Origin: Pyrinomonadaceae bacterium
GTDB taxonomy: Bacteria; Acidobacteriota; Blastocatellia; Pyrinomonadales; Pyrinomonadaceae
Direction: 5' to 3'
Assembly (NCBI GenBank): GCA_035630655.1
Contig: DASQKG010000103.1
Span: 1-49,890, forward strand
Length of the DNA stretch: 49,890 nucleotides
In this document: piece after piece, positions 33,079 to 42,699 of the stretch
Layout: every line of letters begins with the position of its first letter
Numbering within the stretch: the first letter of the stretch is position 1
The notes under the pieces: generated by a model
Databases searched by the model: none
What the model was told of the DNA's origin: nothing
Seen by the model: the letters and a program-made list of their open reading frames with translations, nothing else
Translations under genes and position numbers: made by a program

Positions 33079-35652
33079 ATGTCCGGCCGAAGTAACACTG
33101 ACTCGCCAGAAGGCAATATCGACTTGCCGAAAGCAATAGCTCATTATCGCATCATCAAAAGGTTGGGCAAGGGCGGAATGGGCGAAGTTTTTCTCGCCGA
33201 AGATACCAGGCAGCACAATCGCAAGGTAGCACTCAAAATCCTGCCGCCTGAGTTAACTAAAGAAGAGAGCCGGGTGCGCCGCTTCAAACAGGAGGCTAGG
33301 GCAGTTCTTGCTTTGAACCACCCTAACATCCTGACCATTTTTGAAATCGGTGAGGCTGACTCAACCTACTATCTCGCCACTGAGTTCATTGAAGGAGACA
33401 CGCTTAGACATTGTCTCTGGCGAAATCCGGTAAAACTCGATGAAGCACTGGGTATCGCAATTCAAGTTGCAATGGCCCTCGAGGCGGCCCATGCAGCGGG
33501 AATCGTGCACAGAGATGTGAAACCGGAGAACATCATGCTGCGCCAGGATCGATTTGTTCGCGATCGCTTCGTAAAAGTATTGGACTTCGGACTCGCCAAA
33601 CTCACCGAGCGAGAATCCCCGGGCAGCGATCCTGAAGCGGTGACCATGCAGATCTCGCATACCAGCCCGGGAGCTGTGGTGGGCACATCCGGATACATGT
33701 CTCCTGAACAAGCTCAGGGCGAGGCGATTGATCCGCGTAGTGACATTTTCAGCCTTGGGGTTCTGCTTTACGAAATGGTGGCGGGTCACCCACCTTTTGG
33801 TGGACCAACCGAAAGCCACGTGAGAGTTTCAATCATCGATCATGATCCGGCGCCGCTAACCTCGCAAGCGCCCGAAGCGCCTCGGCATCTGGAAAGAATC
33901 GTCTCCAAGGCACTCGCAAAAGACAGAAACAAGAGGTATCAAACCGTAACTGACTTCAAATTGGATCTGGAGCAACTGCGAGAGGAGTTGCATTTTTCTG
34001 ATTCGGAGATCCGCGGCCAAACGGCACCCGAAGTTACAAGACAGACTCAGTCAACGTCAGCCTTAACCGGGCAGGCATCAATTACTCATCCCGAACAATC
34101 GACGACAGCCCCGGCCGGCGTGTCCGGCGTTGAATATCTTTTCAGTCGATTGGCCACGCATAAGGTCGCCGGTTTGCTGGTACTGGCGGGCATTGCTCTC
34201 GCTGTAATTGCAGCCGTCTACTTTTACCCTTCCCGGCGCGCAATAGATTCGGTGGCAGTGCTTCCCTTTGTGAACGACAGCAACGATCCGAACGCGGAAT
34301 ACCTTTCTGAGGGAATAACTGAGAGCATCATCCGCAGCCTGTCGCAGTTACCAAATTTGAAAGTGATGTCGCGTAGCGCTGTTTTCCGGTTCAAGGGTCC
34401 GAACATAGATCCGCAGGAAGCAGGAAAGAGTCTGAAAGTCGGCGCAGTCCTGGCCGGAAGACTTGTGAAACAGGGCGATCGTCTAATTATCAAAACTGAA
34501 TTGATTGACGTATCGGATGGGTCACAACTCTGGGGCGCCGAATACAACAACACCCTGTCTGACATTTTTAGTGTGCAAGACGAGATCTCCCGCACGATCT
34601 CCGAAAAGCTGCGGCTGCAATTGACCGGGGAAGATGTAGAAAGGTTGGGGAAACGTTATACCAAGGACGCGGAAGCCTACGAGTTGTATTTAAAGGGCCG
34701 CTACTTTTGGAACAAACGCGGTGAAGCGGCACTTAGAAACGGTATTCGATATTTTCAGCAGGCCGAACAAAAAGATCCAACATATGCGCTTGCCTATTCC
34801 GGGCTGGCTGATTCCTATTCGCTGCTTTCCGACATCGGCGTAGTCAGACCAGCTGACGAGATGCCTAAAGCAAGGGCCGCGGCGCAAAAAGCCGTAGACA
34901 TCGATCCCGCGTTGGCGGAAGCCTACACGTCTCGCGCTTTTGTGAAGCTTGCTTATGATTGGGATTGGTTAGGCGCCGAAGCAGATTTCAAGAAAGCGCT
35001 AGAGTTGAATTCCAAGTATGCGACCGCCCATCAATGGTATGCCTCTTATCTCATGCAGATGGGAAAGTTTGGACCGGCTAAGGACGAAATTGAAAAGGCC
35101 CATCAGCTCGATCCGTTGTCTCCGATCATCAATTCAAATTCCGGACTGTATGCATATTACGAACATCGCTACGACGACGCTATTCAACATTATGATAGGA
35201 CGCTGGAGATGGTTCCGGATTTCTGGGTGGCGCGTCACTATCGAGGGCTGGCGTATGCAATGAAAGGGACGCACGAACCAGCGAGTGCGGACTTCCGCAG
35301 CTTGCTCGACTCGCCGGGAAACGGGCCATTGAAAGAAGGATCGATAGAAAGCAACCCAGAGGTTGCGGCCTCTCTCGGATTTGCGTACGCGATGGCCGGA
35401 AGACGACAGGAAGCTGAAACAATCCTCGCACGCCTTCAGAAGCTTTCCAAAGAACGCTACGTTTCACCGCGCTACATCGCCATCATACACACTGGCTTGA
35501 ATAACAAGGACGAGGCAATCGAAGCTTTAAACAGAGCGTTCGAGAGCAGGCACCCAGGGCTAGTCCTCATTCGCATTGATCCTCTGTTTGATCGCCTGAG
35601 ATCGGAGGAGGGGTTCAAGCAACTCGTGAAACGCTTCGAACCAATTCCATGA
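33079..35652 (+). CDS. Membrane Ser/Thr protein kinase with extracytoplasmic LPF-type domain and TPR repeats
   Basis: Hanks motifs are present: GKGGMGEVFLA, ALKIL, HRDVKPEN, DFGLAK and SPE. One TM segment (VAGLLVLAGIALAVIAAVYFY). Then SVAVLPFVNDSNDPN and TPR repeats. Confidence 0.9.
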   Translation: MSGRSNTDSPEGNIDLPKAIAHYRIIKRLGKGGMGEVFLAEDTRQHNRKVALKILPPELTKEESRVRRFKQEARAVLALNHPNILTIFEIGEADSTYYLATEFIEGDTLRHCLWRNPVKLDEALGIAIQVAMALEAAHAAGIVHRDVKPENIMLRQDRFVRDRFVKVLDFGLAKLTERESPGSDPEAVTMQISHTSPGAVVGTSGYMSPEQAQGEAIDPRSDIFSLGVLLYEMVAGHPPFGGPTESHVRVSIIDHDPAPLTSQAPEAPRHLERIVSKALAKDRNKRYQTVTDFKLDLEQLREELHFSDSEIRGQTAPEVTRQTQSTSALTGQASITHPEQSTTAPAGVSGVEYLFSRLATHKVAGLLVLAGIALAVIAAVYFYPSRRAIDSVAVLPFVNDSNDPNAEYLSEGITESIIRSLSQLPNLKVMSRSAVFRFKGPNIDPQEAGKSLKVGAVLAGRLVKQGDRLIIKTELIDVSDGSQLWGAEYNNTLSDIFSVQDEISRTISEKLRLQLTGEDVERLGKRYTKDAEAYELYLKGRYFWNKRGEAALRNGIRYFQQAEQKDPTYALAYSGLADSYSLLSDIGVVRPADEMPKARAAAQKAVDIDPALAEAYTSRAFVKLAYDWDWLGAEADFKKALELNSKYATAHQWYASYLMQMGKFGPAKDEIEKAHQLDPLSPIINSNSGLYAYYEHRYDDAIQHYDRTLEMVPDFWVARHYRGLAYAMKGTHEPASADFRSLLDSPGNGPLKEGSIESNPEVAASLGFAYAMAGRRQEAETILARLQKLSKERYVSPRYIAIIHTGLNNKDEAIEALNRAFESRHPGLVLIRIDPLFDRLRSEEGFKQLVKRFEPIP

Positions 35653-35661
35653 GTTCGCGCC

Positions 35662-36669
35662 TCACTTTCCCGACTGGCGATCTTCAAGGACTCCCAACAG
35701 GCCTGCCAACTCCGGTGGCAAGGGCGCGGTGAATTTCAGTTTCTCGCCTGTTTTGGGATGACGAAATCCTAATTGTTCCGCATGAAGGAAGTGTCTTCTT
35801 AGCTTGCGAATCTCCGCCCGCACCCTTACATCCTGCACACTGTTTTCGCGGCCACCACTGTAGAGTTCGTCGCCGACCACCGGATGCTTCAGCCACGAGA
35901 GATGTACTCGAATCTGATGTGTCCGCCCAGTCTTTAGTTCTACGTCGAGCAAGGTGAAAGATTCGTAACTCCGCCGAACTCGATAGAGGGACAACGCGCC
36001 GCGGCCGCCGGCAACAATGGCCATGCGCGTGCGGTTTCGAGGATCACGAGCGATAGGTTGTTCCACCCGGCCGCTTGCCTGTTTTACTACACCGTAAACC
36101 AAAGCAATATAACTCTTGAATATCTCGCGCGCGCGAAATTGATCAGCCAGGTCTTCGTGAGCAGATTCTGTCTTGGCCACTACCAACAATCCTGAGGTGT
36201 CTTTATCAAGGCGATGAACAATGCCCGGGCGGATGGCGCCGGCGTGTTTGGAGAGTCGCTGAAAATGATAAGCGAGCGCGTTAGCCAACGTCCCGGACGG
36301 AGCACCCGCGGCCGGATGTACCACCAGCCCGGCAGGCTTGTTGACTACGACTAATTCATCATCTTCAAAAACAATTTCTAAAGGAATGTTTTCGGGAGTG
36401 AAACTGGCTAAAGGCGACGCAGTTAATTCGAGTTCAATCACATCGGCAGCGGAAATCTTGTAAGACGGTTTCGCAGGCTTGCCGTTCACCAGCACATCTT
36501 CCGCTTCGATAAGACGCTGCAAACGAGCTCGACTCCAGTCCTTGATGTGTGAAGCAAGATAAGCATCAAGCCGTGCGCCAGCGTCGCTTTGGCTAACTGT
36601 AAGGCCGAAGGTAGTTGCATCGGAGGAAGAATCGGTTTCTGAAGGGAGGATTGGACCGCTGACGTTCAT
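35662..36669 (-). CDS. rluD: 23S rRNA pseudouridine synthase, RluA/RluD family
   Basis: S4-like N-terminus. HRLDKDTSGLLVVAKT catalytic motif. THQIRVH. ATG is at 36669; the ORF track starts at an upstream TTG (36690). Confidence 0.88.
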   Translation of the reverse strand: MNVSGPILPSETDSSSDATTFGLTVSQSDAGARLDAYLASHIKDWSRARLQRLIEAEDVLVNGKPAKPSYKISAADVIELELTASPLASFTPENIPLEIVFEDDELVVVNKPAGLVVHPAAGAPSGTLANALAYHFQRLSKHAGAIRPGIVHRLDKDTSGLLVVAKTESAHEDLADQFRAREIFKSYIALVYGVVKQASGRVEQPIARDPRNRTRMAIVAGGRGALSLYRVRRSYESFTLLDVELKTGRTHQIRVHLSWLKHPVVGDELYSGGRENSVQDVRVRAEIRKLRRHFLHAEQLGFRHPKTGEKLKFTAPLPPELAGLLGVLEDRQSGK

Positions 36670-36858
36670 TTGATGACGAGTTTCAACCAAAGGATCGGGA
36701 ACGCAAACTCAATCCCGTGCTCTGCTTTGGCTTGAGACAAAAGCCTTTCTAGGAACTGGCCAAAACTCACTTGGGTATACAATGCAAATTCCTCTTTCCT
36801 GGCGCCATCATTTAGGACTCAAGTTGTTGGTAACTCTACTTTCGCCGGGCAATTTGGC

Positions 36859-37944
36859 TCAACCATTTTTCGTTTCAAACTCTTTCATGAAGCCCACGAG
36901 CGCCTGGACGCCTTCGAGCGGAAACGCGTTATAGATCGACGCCCGAATGCCACCGACTGAGCGATGCCCCTTCAACCCATCGAGCCCCTGGGCCGTAGCT
37001 TCAGAGGCAAACTTCTTCTCCAAGTCTTCTGAAGGCAAGCGGAAGGTGACGTTCATTATCGAACGCGAATCGTGATCGGCGTGTCCACGATAAAAATCAG
37101 TTGAGTCAATAGCGTCGTAAATGAGTTGCGCTTTCTTTTCATTCTCGCGATGCATCGCTTCCAGGCCGCCTTTGTCCAGCAGCCACTTACAAACCAAACT
37201 AATTATGTAAATTCCCCAGGTGTTGGGCGTGTTGTAGAGCGACTTGTTATCGACGTGCGTGCGATAGTCAAGCATCGTATGTAGCCCGTCAGGAATACTC
37301 CTTAATAAATCGTCGCGCATGATCACGAGCGTGACGCCGCTTGGTCCCATGTTTTTCTGGGCCCCGGCATAGATTAGTGCGAATTTACCCACCGGAATCG
37401 GATGGGAAAGAATGTCGGACGAAGCATCGGCAAACAGCGGCACGTCCCGTACTTCCGGTTCTTGTTTCCACTCGACGCCTTCTATTGTTTCGTTGGTTGT
37501 GATGTGAACGTACGACGCATTCGGATCAAGCTTGAGCTCTTCGTTAGCCGGCACTCTCGTAAAGCCGCCATCGGCTGTGGTGGCTGCGACGTTAACCGCG
37601 CCCGCGCGTTTGCCTTCCTTCAGAGCCTTCTTTCCCCAGCTACCGGTGATGATGTAGTCAGCACTACCTTCGGCCGGCAGGAAGTTCATTGGAACCATCG
37701 AGAATTGCAAACTGGCGCCGCCCTGAAGAAAAAGCACGTGATAGTTGTCGGGTACACCAAGGAGTTTTCTTAAACCGGATTCCGCTCGTTCGAAGATCTC
37801 GTCAAACGTCTTTGAGCGGTGACTGATTTCCATTACCGACATGCCGACGCCGGGCAGACTCAACATGTCGCGTTGCGCTTCTTCCAACACGGATACCGGA
37901 AGAACCGCCGGGCCTGCGCTGAAGTTATGAATTCGTTCCGTCAT
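36859..37944 (-). CDS. serC: Phosphoserine aminotransferase
   Basis: MTERIHNFSAGPAVLP is a SerC-type N-terminus, followed by a class-V aminotransferase body. ATG is at 37944. The TTG at 38022 in the ORF track lies inside a repeat element. Confidence 0.9.
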   Translation of the reverse strand: MTERIHNFSAGPAVLPVSVLEEAQRDMLSLPGVGMSVMEISHRSKTFDEIFERAESGLRKLLGVPDNYHVLFLQGGASLQFSMVPMNFLPAEGSADYIITGSWGKKALKEGKRAGAVNVAATTADGGFTRVPANEELKLDPNASYVHITTNETIEGVEWKQEPEVRDVPLFADASSDILSHPIPVGKFALIYAGAQKNMGPSGVTLVIMRDDLLRSIPDGLHTMLDYRTHVDNKSLYNTPNTWGIYIISLVCKWLLDKGGLEAMHRENEKKAQLIYDAIDSTDFYRGHADHDSRSIMNVTFRLPSEDLEKKFASEATAQGLDGLKGHRSVGGIRASIYNAFPLEGVQALVGFMKEFETKNG

Positions 37945-37980
37945 TAGATTCTCCGCGAGTTTGCCTGTCGAAAGTCGAGT

Positions 37981-38122
37981 CTCGGGTGTCGGCTGGGTAA
38001 AGGCCAGTAGTTCAGAGTTCAAGCTTTAGCTTGCGTCTTTGCCGCCGAAGAACAACCTAAAGGTTGAACTCTAAACCCCGTGCTTCTTTACCTCCGGCAC
38101 CTGACACCCGGAACCCGGCACC
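37981..38122. repeat. GTGYCGG heptamer arms plus ggtaaag/ctttacc stem enclosing family E copy 3
   Basis: Left arm ctcgggtgtcggctgggtaaag. Right arm ctttacctccggcacctgacacccggaacccggcacc, which is 4 heptamer units on the reverse complement. Fills the SDR-serC gap. Confidence 0.8.
38010..38076. repeat. Family E element, copy 3 (opposite orientation)
   Basis: gttcagagttcaagctttagcttgcg...cctaaaggttgaactctaaac aligns with the reverse complement of the copy at 11036-11121. Confidence 0.8.
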
Positions 38123-38123
38123 T

Positions 38124-38900
38124 TCACTCGTCATACTGACCACGCATCATCCGACCGGCTATACGCGTTACCAGATCGCGAGGCGCCAGTCGTTCAGCTT
38201 CCGTCATCGCTCTATTACTCCAACCGGAAATGATGTGGCTCTTGCCGCGCGCGAGCCCGCGCAACGCTGTCTCCACTACATCCTCCGGACTTTGAGACAC
38301 GCGGGCCGGCGGTTTCTGACCACGAGCGGCTTCGAAGAAGTTTGTCTCTGTGACGCCGGGACAAAGAGCCATCACTTTGATTCCGTGAGGCCGGTTCTCC
38401 TCCCATAGAGCTTCTGAAAATGAAAGCACAAAGGCTTTTGTAGCCGCGTAAGTCGCCATAAAGGGCACCGCTTGAAACCCGGCAGTGGAGGCGACATTAA
38501 TAATCGCGCCCTGCTTGCTTTGGCGCATAGGAGCCAGGAAGCGATACGTCAAATCCACCAGGGATCTCACATTGAGGTCGATCATATTTAGCTCGCGCTC
38601 GAGTTCGAGTCTGGTGAAATCGCCAAACGAGCCGAAGCCTGCGTTGTTGATAAGCATGTCAACAGTGAGACCGCGCTTCTCCGCTTCCTCAAACAACCGT
38701 GCAGGGGAGTCCGGTTTGCTCAAGTCCATTGTTACGTGCTGAGCTCGAATGCTATTGGAACGACCCAGCTCGTTGCAGAGCGTGATCAGCTTCTCTTCAG
38801 AACGCGCGACGAGCAAAACATTTCGACCGCGCGCTGCAAGTTTGCGAGCAAAGACCTCACCAATGCCGCTGGATGCCCCGGTTATTAACGTCGTGTTCAT
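38124..38900 (-). CDS. Short-chain dehydrogenase/reductase (SDR)
   Basis: TGASSGIG, NNAG and YAATKAF are the classical SDR motifs. Confidence 0.88.
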   Translation of the reverse strand: MNTTLITGASSGIGEVFARKLAARGRNVLLVARSEEKLITLCNELGRSNSIRAQHVTMDLSKPDSPARLFEEAEKRGLTVDMLINNAGFGSFGDFTRLELERELNMIDLNVRSLVDLTYRFLAPMRQSKQGAIINVASTAGFQAVPFMATYAATKAFVLSFSEALWEENRPHGIKVMALCPGVTETNFFEAARGQKPPARVSQSPEDVVETALRGLARGKSHIISGWSNRAMTEAERLAPRDLVTRIAGRMMRGQYDE

Positions 38901-38908
38901 GACTTCAA

Positions 38909-39166
38909 CTACCAGGCTATCGTCCGAATATGATTGAAATTAATTACATCGATGCCGACATTTTGGAGATAACCGAATAATTCAAGATCGTCTGTCAAAA
39001 CGAGGTATTTGTCTTTCACTAGATCAACGATTCCCGAATCAGTCAGTCCAAACTTAGTGAAAGGAGCCGAGGCTGAGATGGTCGTGCTCGCCATGTAGGT
39101 CTCCAGCAACCTAGGCATTCGGTCTGAAAAATCTTGCCGGAAAAGCGATCTAATTGGTTCCAACAT
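38909..39166 (-). CDS. Small hypothetical protein (85 aa)
   Basis: ATG is preceded by ggagg 9 nt upstream. It lies 27 nt after serA and 8 nt before the SDR gene. LVLTDDLELF is only weakly PIN-like. Confidence 0.45.
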   Translation of the reverse strand: MLEPIRSLFRQDFSDRMPRLLETYMASTTISASAPFTKFGLTDSGIVDLVKDKYLVLTDDLELFGYLQNVGIDVINFNHIRTIAW

Positions 39167-39193
39167 AACAATTGCCTCCGTTCGCCGCTCATC

Positions 39194-40402
39194 TTAACGC
39201 TTGAGTTCCAGCAAATCGAGTTCGAGAACATCACCGTGCTCGGCCTGCAAGCGATCGAGCGTTTCTTTCGAGGGTGCGTTATCCAGATTGATTCTTGCTA
39301 CAGCTGCTTCCGCGCCCTCAAAAACAATGTTCTCCATCTCCTGAACGTTAATGTGTTCGCCCTTGATCGCATCAAGCACAGATGCCAGGACTCCGGGGCG
39401 ATCCAAATGGCGTACGACGAGCCGGTGAGTAGCGGGTGTTTGACGGGCGAGATTAACAACGTTGGGGACCTTTCCCGTATCTTTGAATTCACGCACGATG
39501 CGAACCGTTTCAGCGGCGATTGCTTCCTGCGCCTGGTCCGTCGAAGCGCCTATGTGATGCGTGCCATAAAGGTTCGGCTCGTTTCGAATCTCGTCTGTGA
39601 ACTCAGCCGTTGCAGATGTAGGCTCGCCTGCATAAACATCCAGCCCGGCGCGGATACCGCGCGTGTTCATGGCTGCAACCAGTGCAGCCTGGTCCACAAC
39701 TTCACCTCTGGCGGTGTTGATGAAATATGCGCCTTCTTTCATCGCGGAGAAGAACTCAGTGTTCAGGAAGGCTCGGGTGTCAGCGTTGAGCGCGACGTGG
39801 ACACTAACTATGTCAGCATCGCGTGCTACATCCTGCGGCGTTGCTTTGTATTCAGCCCCCATCGCCATTGCCCGCTCGGGTGTCAGGCTGCGACTCCAGG
39901 CAATCACCGGCATCCCGAACGAGCGGGCGCGCGGGATCATTTCCTGACCAATCTTTCCGACACCGACCAGACCCAGCGTACGACCATAGAGGCCACGAGC
40001 TTTGGAGAACTCCTTCTTGTTCCATTGCCCTCGCCGCAGCGAAACGACGTTCTCAGCGATGCGCCGGTCGAGTCCGAGGATTAGACCAAACGCCAACTCC
40101 GCAACCGCTATCGAGTTTTTGCCCGGGCAGTTGGAAACATAAATGCCGCGCCTGGACGCCGCGGCAACGTCAATCGTGTTGTAACCGGCGCCCGCACGAA
40201 CGACTAGCTTTATCTGACCCGCCGCCAGCATCGGTTCAGTAACCTTCGTTCCGCGCACAACTAACACATCGGGCTTTTGCTCGCGGATGGCTTCAACCAG
40301 CAAATCGTCTTTGAGGTCGGGCTGAAAAGAGACTTCGCAGCCAATAGCCTGCAAGCCATCGCGGCCGGACTGTTCGAACTTGTCAGCGATTAACACGCGC
40401 AT
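39194..40402 (-). CDS. serA: D-3-phosphoglycerate dehydrogenase with C-terminal ACT domain
   Basis: D-2-hydroxyacid dehydrogenase fold (GLVGVGKIGQE NAD loop, THHIGAST). The C-terminal ~75 aa are ACT-like (LVVRHLDRPGVLASVLDAI). Confidence 0.85.
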   Translation of the reverse strand: MRVLIADKFEQSGRDGLQAIGCEVSFQPDLKDDLLVEAIREQKPDVLVVRGTKVTEPMLAAGQIKLVVRAGAGYNTIDVAAASRRGIYVSNCPGKNSIAVAELAFGLILGLDRRIAENVVSLRRGQWNKKEFSKARGLYGRTLGLVGVGKIGQEMIPRARSFGMPVIAWSRSLTPERAMAMGAEYKATPQDVARDADIVSVHVALNADTRAFLNTEFFSAMKEGAYFINTARGEVVDQAALVAAMNTRGIRAGLDVYAGEPTSATAEFTDEIRNEPNLYGTHHIGASTDQAQEAIAAETVRIVREFKDTGKVPNVVNLARQTPATHRLVVRHLDRPGVLASVLDAIKGEHINVQEMENIVFEGAEAAVARINLDNAPSKETLDRLQAEHGDVLELDLLELKR

Positions 40403-40407
40403 AAATT

Positions 40408-40433
40408 GTGTAGGACAGACATTCCTGTCTGTC
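40408..40433. repeat. Family B singleton
   Basis: tgtaggacagacattcctgtctgtc is identical in its core to the 16332 copy. It lies 6 nt upstream of the serA start. Confidence 0.85.
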
Positions 40434-40498
40434 GGTCGTACCTAATCTAGTTGGTCGGACCATCTCGATCGGCTGGTAGACAAGAATGTGTGTGCCAC

Positions 40499-41725
40499 CT
40501 AAATCTTATGAATCAACAACCCGTCGCGCAGCTTCGGTTCGAACCAGGTCGACTTGGGCGGCATAATTTCGCCGGCGTCAGACACACGCAACAAGTCTTC
40601 AATTGTGGTTGGAAACAAGGAAAAGGCCACTGCCGCCTTCCCTTCATTAACCAGCTTCTCCAGTTCTTTCGTGCCGCGCATGCCACCGATAAAATCTATC
40701 CGCTTATCGGTACGCACGTCCTTGATCCCCAGGATCGGGTCGAGCAGGCGATCCTGGAGAATACTTACATCTAGCGAGTCAACAACGCTTGCCGGCGGCG
40801 AAACACCCGCAGGAACCCTCAATGTGTACCAGCGGCCCTCAAGATACATACTCCATTCGCCCCGATTTGCCGGCTCAGCAGGACCATTCTCTGAAACGTC
40901 GAAGTCTTTGCGGAGAGCTTCAAGAAACGCCTGGTTCGATAAGCCGTTCAGGTCTTTGACCGCGCGGTTGTACGGGAGTATTTGCAACTGCTCATCGGGG
41001 AACATCACGGCCAGGAAGAAGTTGTAATCCTCGTCGCCGGTGTGGCCAAAACTCTGGCTCTTCAGTTCTGCGCGAGCTCGTGCGGCGCTGGCAGCGCGAT
41101 GATGGCCGTCAGCGATATAAAGAAACGGAATCTCACGAAATGCCAGTACGAAGCGAACCGGGTCAGGCACACGCCACACTGTATGTTGAATTCCATCGTC
41201 TGCTGTGAAGTCGAAGATCGCGTTGGTCATAGTCGTTTCCATCACCATCGTGTCGATGTCGCGACTCGCCTTATAGGTTAAGAACACCGGCCCCGTCTGT
41301 GCCTTCAACACCAGCATGTGACGGGTGCGATCGTCTTCCTTATCGCGCCGCGTGCGTTCGTGTTTACGAATCAAATCCTGATCGTATTCATCAATCGAAC
41401 AGGCGGCTACCACCCCAATCTGTTCGTGGTCACCCATCATCAGACGATACAGATAGATACTGGGAGCTTCCTCCGTCTCCAAAGGGCAATCCCGAATCAG
41501 GGTTTCGAAATTCTCGAGGGCCTTGCGATAGACCTGATCGCTGTAGATGTCAGTACCGGCCGGTAAGTCAATTTCCGGACGCGAAACGTGCAGGAAACTC
41601 AGAGGCTTATTCGCTGCCAATTCACGCGCCTCGTCCGTGTTCACTACGTCGTAAGGAACACTGGCAACGTCAGCGGCGCGTTCAGAAAGCGGGCGCAAAG
41701 CGTTGAAAGGGCGAATGTCTGCCAC
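40499..41725 (-). CDS. DUF1015 family protein
   Basis: The N-terminus MADIRPFNALRP......VASVPYDVV and IADGHHR are characteristic of DUF1015 as I recall it. Confidence 0.78.
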   Translation of the reverse strand: MADIRPFNALRPLSERAADVASVPYDVVNTDEARELAANKPLSFLHVSRPEIDLPAGTDIYSDQVYRKALENFETLIRDCPLETEEAPSIYLYRLMMGDHEQIGVVAACSIDEYDQDLIRKHERTRRDKEDDRTRHMLVLKAQTGPVFLTYKASRDIDTMVMETTMTNAIFDFTADDGIQHTVWRVPDPVRFVLAFREIPFLYIADGHHRAASAARARAELKSQSFGHTGDEDYNFFLAVMFPDEQLQILPYNRAVKDLNGLSNQAFLEALRKDFDVSENGPAEPANRGEWSMYLEGRWYTLRVPAGVSPPASVVDSLDVSILQDRLLDPILGIKDVRTDKRIDFIGGMRGTKELEKLVNEGKAAVAFSLFPTTIEDLLRVSDAGEIMPPKSTWFEPKLRDGLLIHKI

Positions 41726-42046
41726 TAACCATCTCCTCGGCGCGCGCAGTTTACCTCAACCATCGTAGGCAGAATTCTGGCCGCGCATTTCCAACAACTA
41801 ATTTCAGAAGGCTTGTTGATAAGACTATCCGTTCACGCGTGGTCTTAGCAAGTTGGGGAAAGAGCAGGACAGAGTGCCGATTCGGATGATGCCGAGCGGC
41901 ATGACGTCAATACCACCAAGCCGTAGCGGGGGACTCAGCGATGTGCGTCTATGAAGAGTGAATCCATCCGCTAGCGCGAGGTCTTTTTGACCTCTTGCGC
42001 TCGACTGAATGCGGGGCGAGGGAACTGAGTGTAAAATGATTTACCC

Positions 42047-42280
42047 ATGTCGCAAACGGACGAGTTGGAAATATCTCGACTTGAAGAGAGGCTGCATATC
42101 GTTGAACAGGAGTTCGAACGCGGCATGCGAGCGCGCGGGTTTGATCCAGCTCAGGATGAAAACCTTGCACTCACTTCATCACTGGCGAAGCTTTACGAGG
42201 AACGAGACGACTTAAGAACCAGGCTGGCAGCATTAGCCGGTAACGACATAGGCCGCAAGGACGGCACACCGGGGCAATAG
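42047..42280 (+). CDS. Small hypothetical coiled-coil protein (77 aa)
   Basis: ATG ORF with charged, helical composition. No recognised family. Confidence 0.4.
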   Translation: MSQTDELEISRLEERLHIVEQEFERGMRARGFDPAQDENLALTSSLAKLYEERDDLRTRLAALAGNDIGRKDGTPGQ

Positions 42281-42331
42281 CCTTCCTTACGGTCGTGCTA
42301 CTGCGCCGGATAAGCAGGAGGAATAGAAAGC

Positions 42332-42679
42332 ATGAGTGAATTAGCAAGTCGGGACTGCGTTCCCTGCCGCGGCGGCGTACCGCCGCTGAAGGGTGAGGAG
42401 TTGACCCCTTTTCAATCTCAGCTCGAAGGATGGGAAGTTGTAAACGAACACCATCTGCGGAAGGAATATAAGTTCAAGGATTTCAAAGAGACGCAGGATT
42501 TTGTCACTCGCGTCGGGAACCTGGCGGAGCAACAGTGGCACCACCCTGACATCTGTTTTGGCTGGGGACGAGCTGAAGTCACGATCTGGACGCACAAGAT
42601 CGATGGACTAACTGAAAGTGATTTTATTCTCGCTGCAAAAATTGATGCATTGAACGGATCTAACGGGTCAGAGGGTTAG
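42332..42679 (+). CDS. phhB: Pterin-4-alpha-carbinolamine dehydratase
   Basis: F.DF..A..F...V...AE...HHPD......V.I...TH...GLT..D is the PCD signature. Confidence 0.88.
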   Translation: MSELASRDCVPCRGGVPPLKGEELTPFQSQLEGWEVVNEHHLRKEYKFKDFKETQDFVTRVGNLAEQQWHHPDICFGWGRAEVTIWTHKIDGLTESDFILAAKIDALNGSNGSEG

Positions 42680-42699
42680 GCTGGATTCTCTTAAAAACT

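Noticed and set aside
38909-39166. The 85-aa ORF as a PIN-domain toxin of a toxin-antitoxin pair
   Set aside because: Only one weak TDD-type motif is present. The N-terminal acidic residues of a PIN fold are missing, there is no adjacent small antitoxin gene, and the ORF sits inside a metabolic operon.
39134-40084. 316-aa ORF on the plus strand opposite serA. Similar long antisense ORFs occur at 3707-4669, 7277-7804, 12043-12588 and 40554-41027.
   Set aside because: Each lies fully inside a gene with clear family motifs on the other strand. Their translations are Arg/Ser/Cys-rich and low in complexity, with no recognisable domains. They are typical shadow ORFs.
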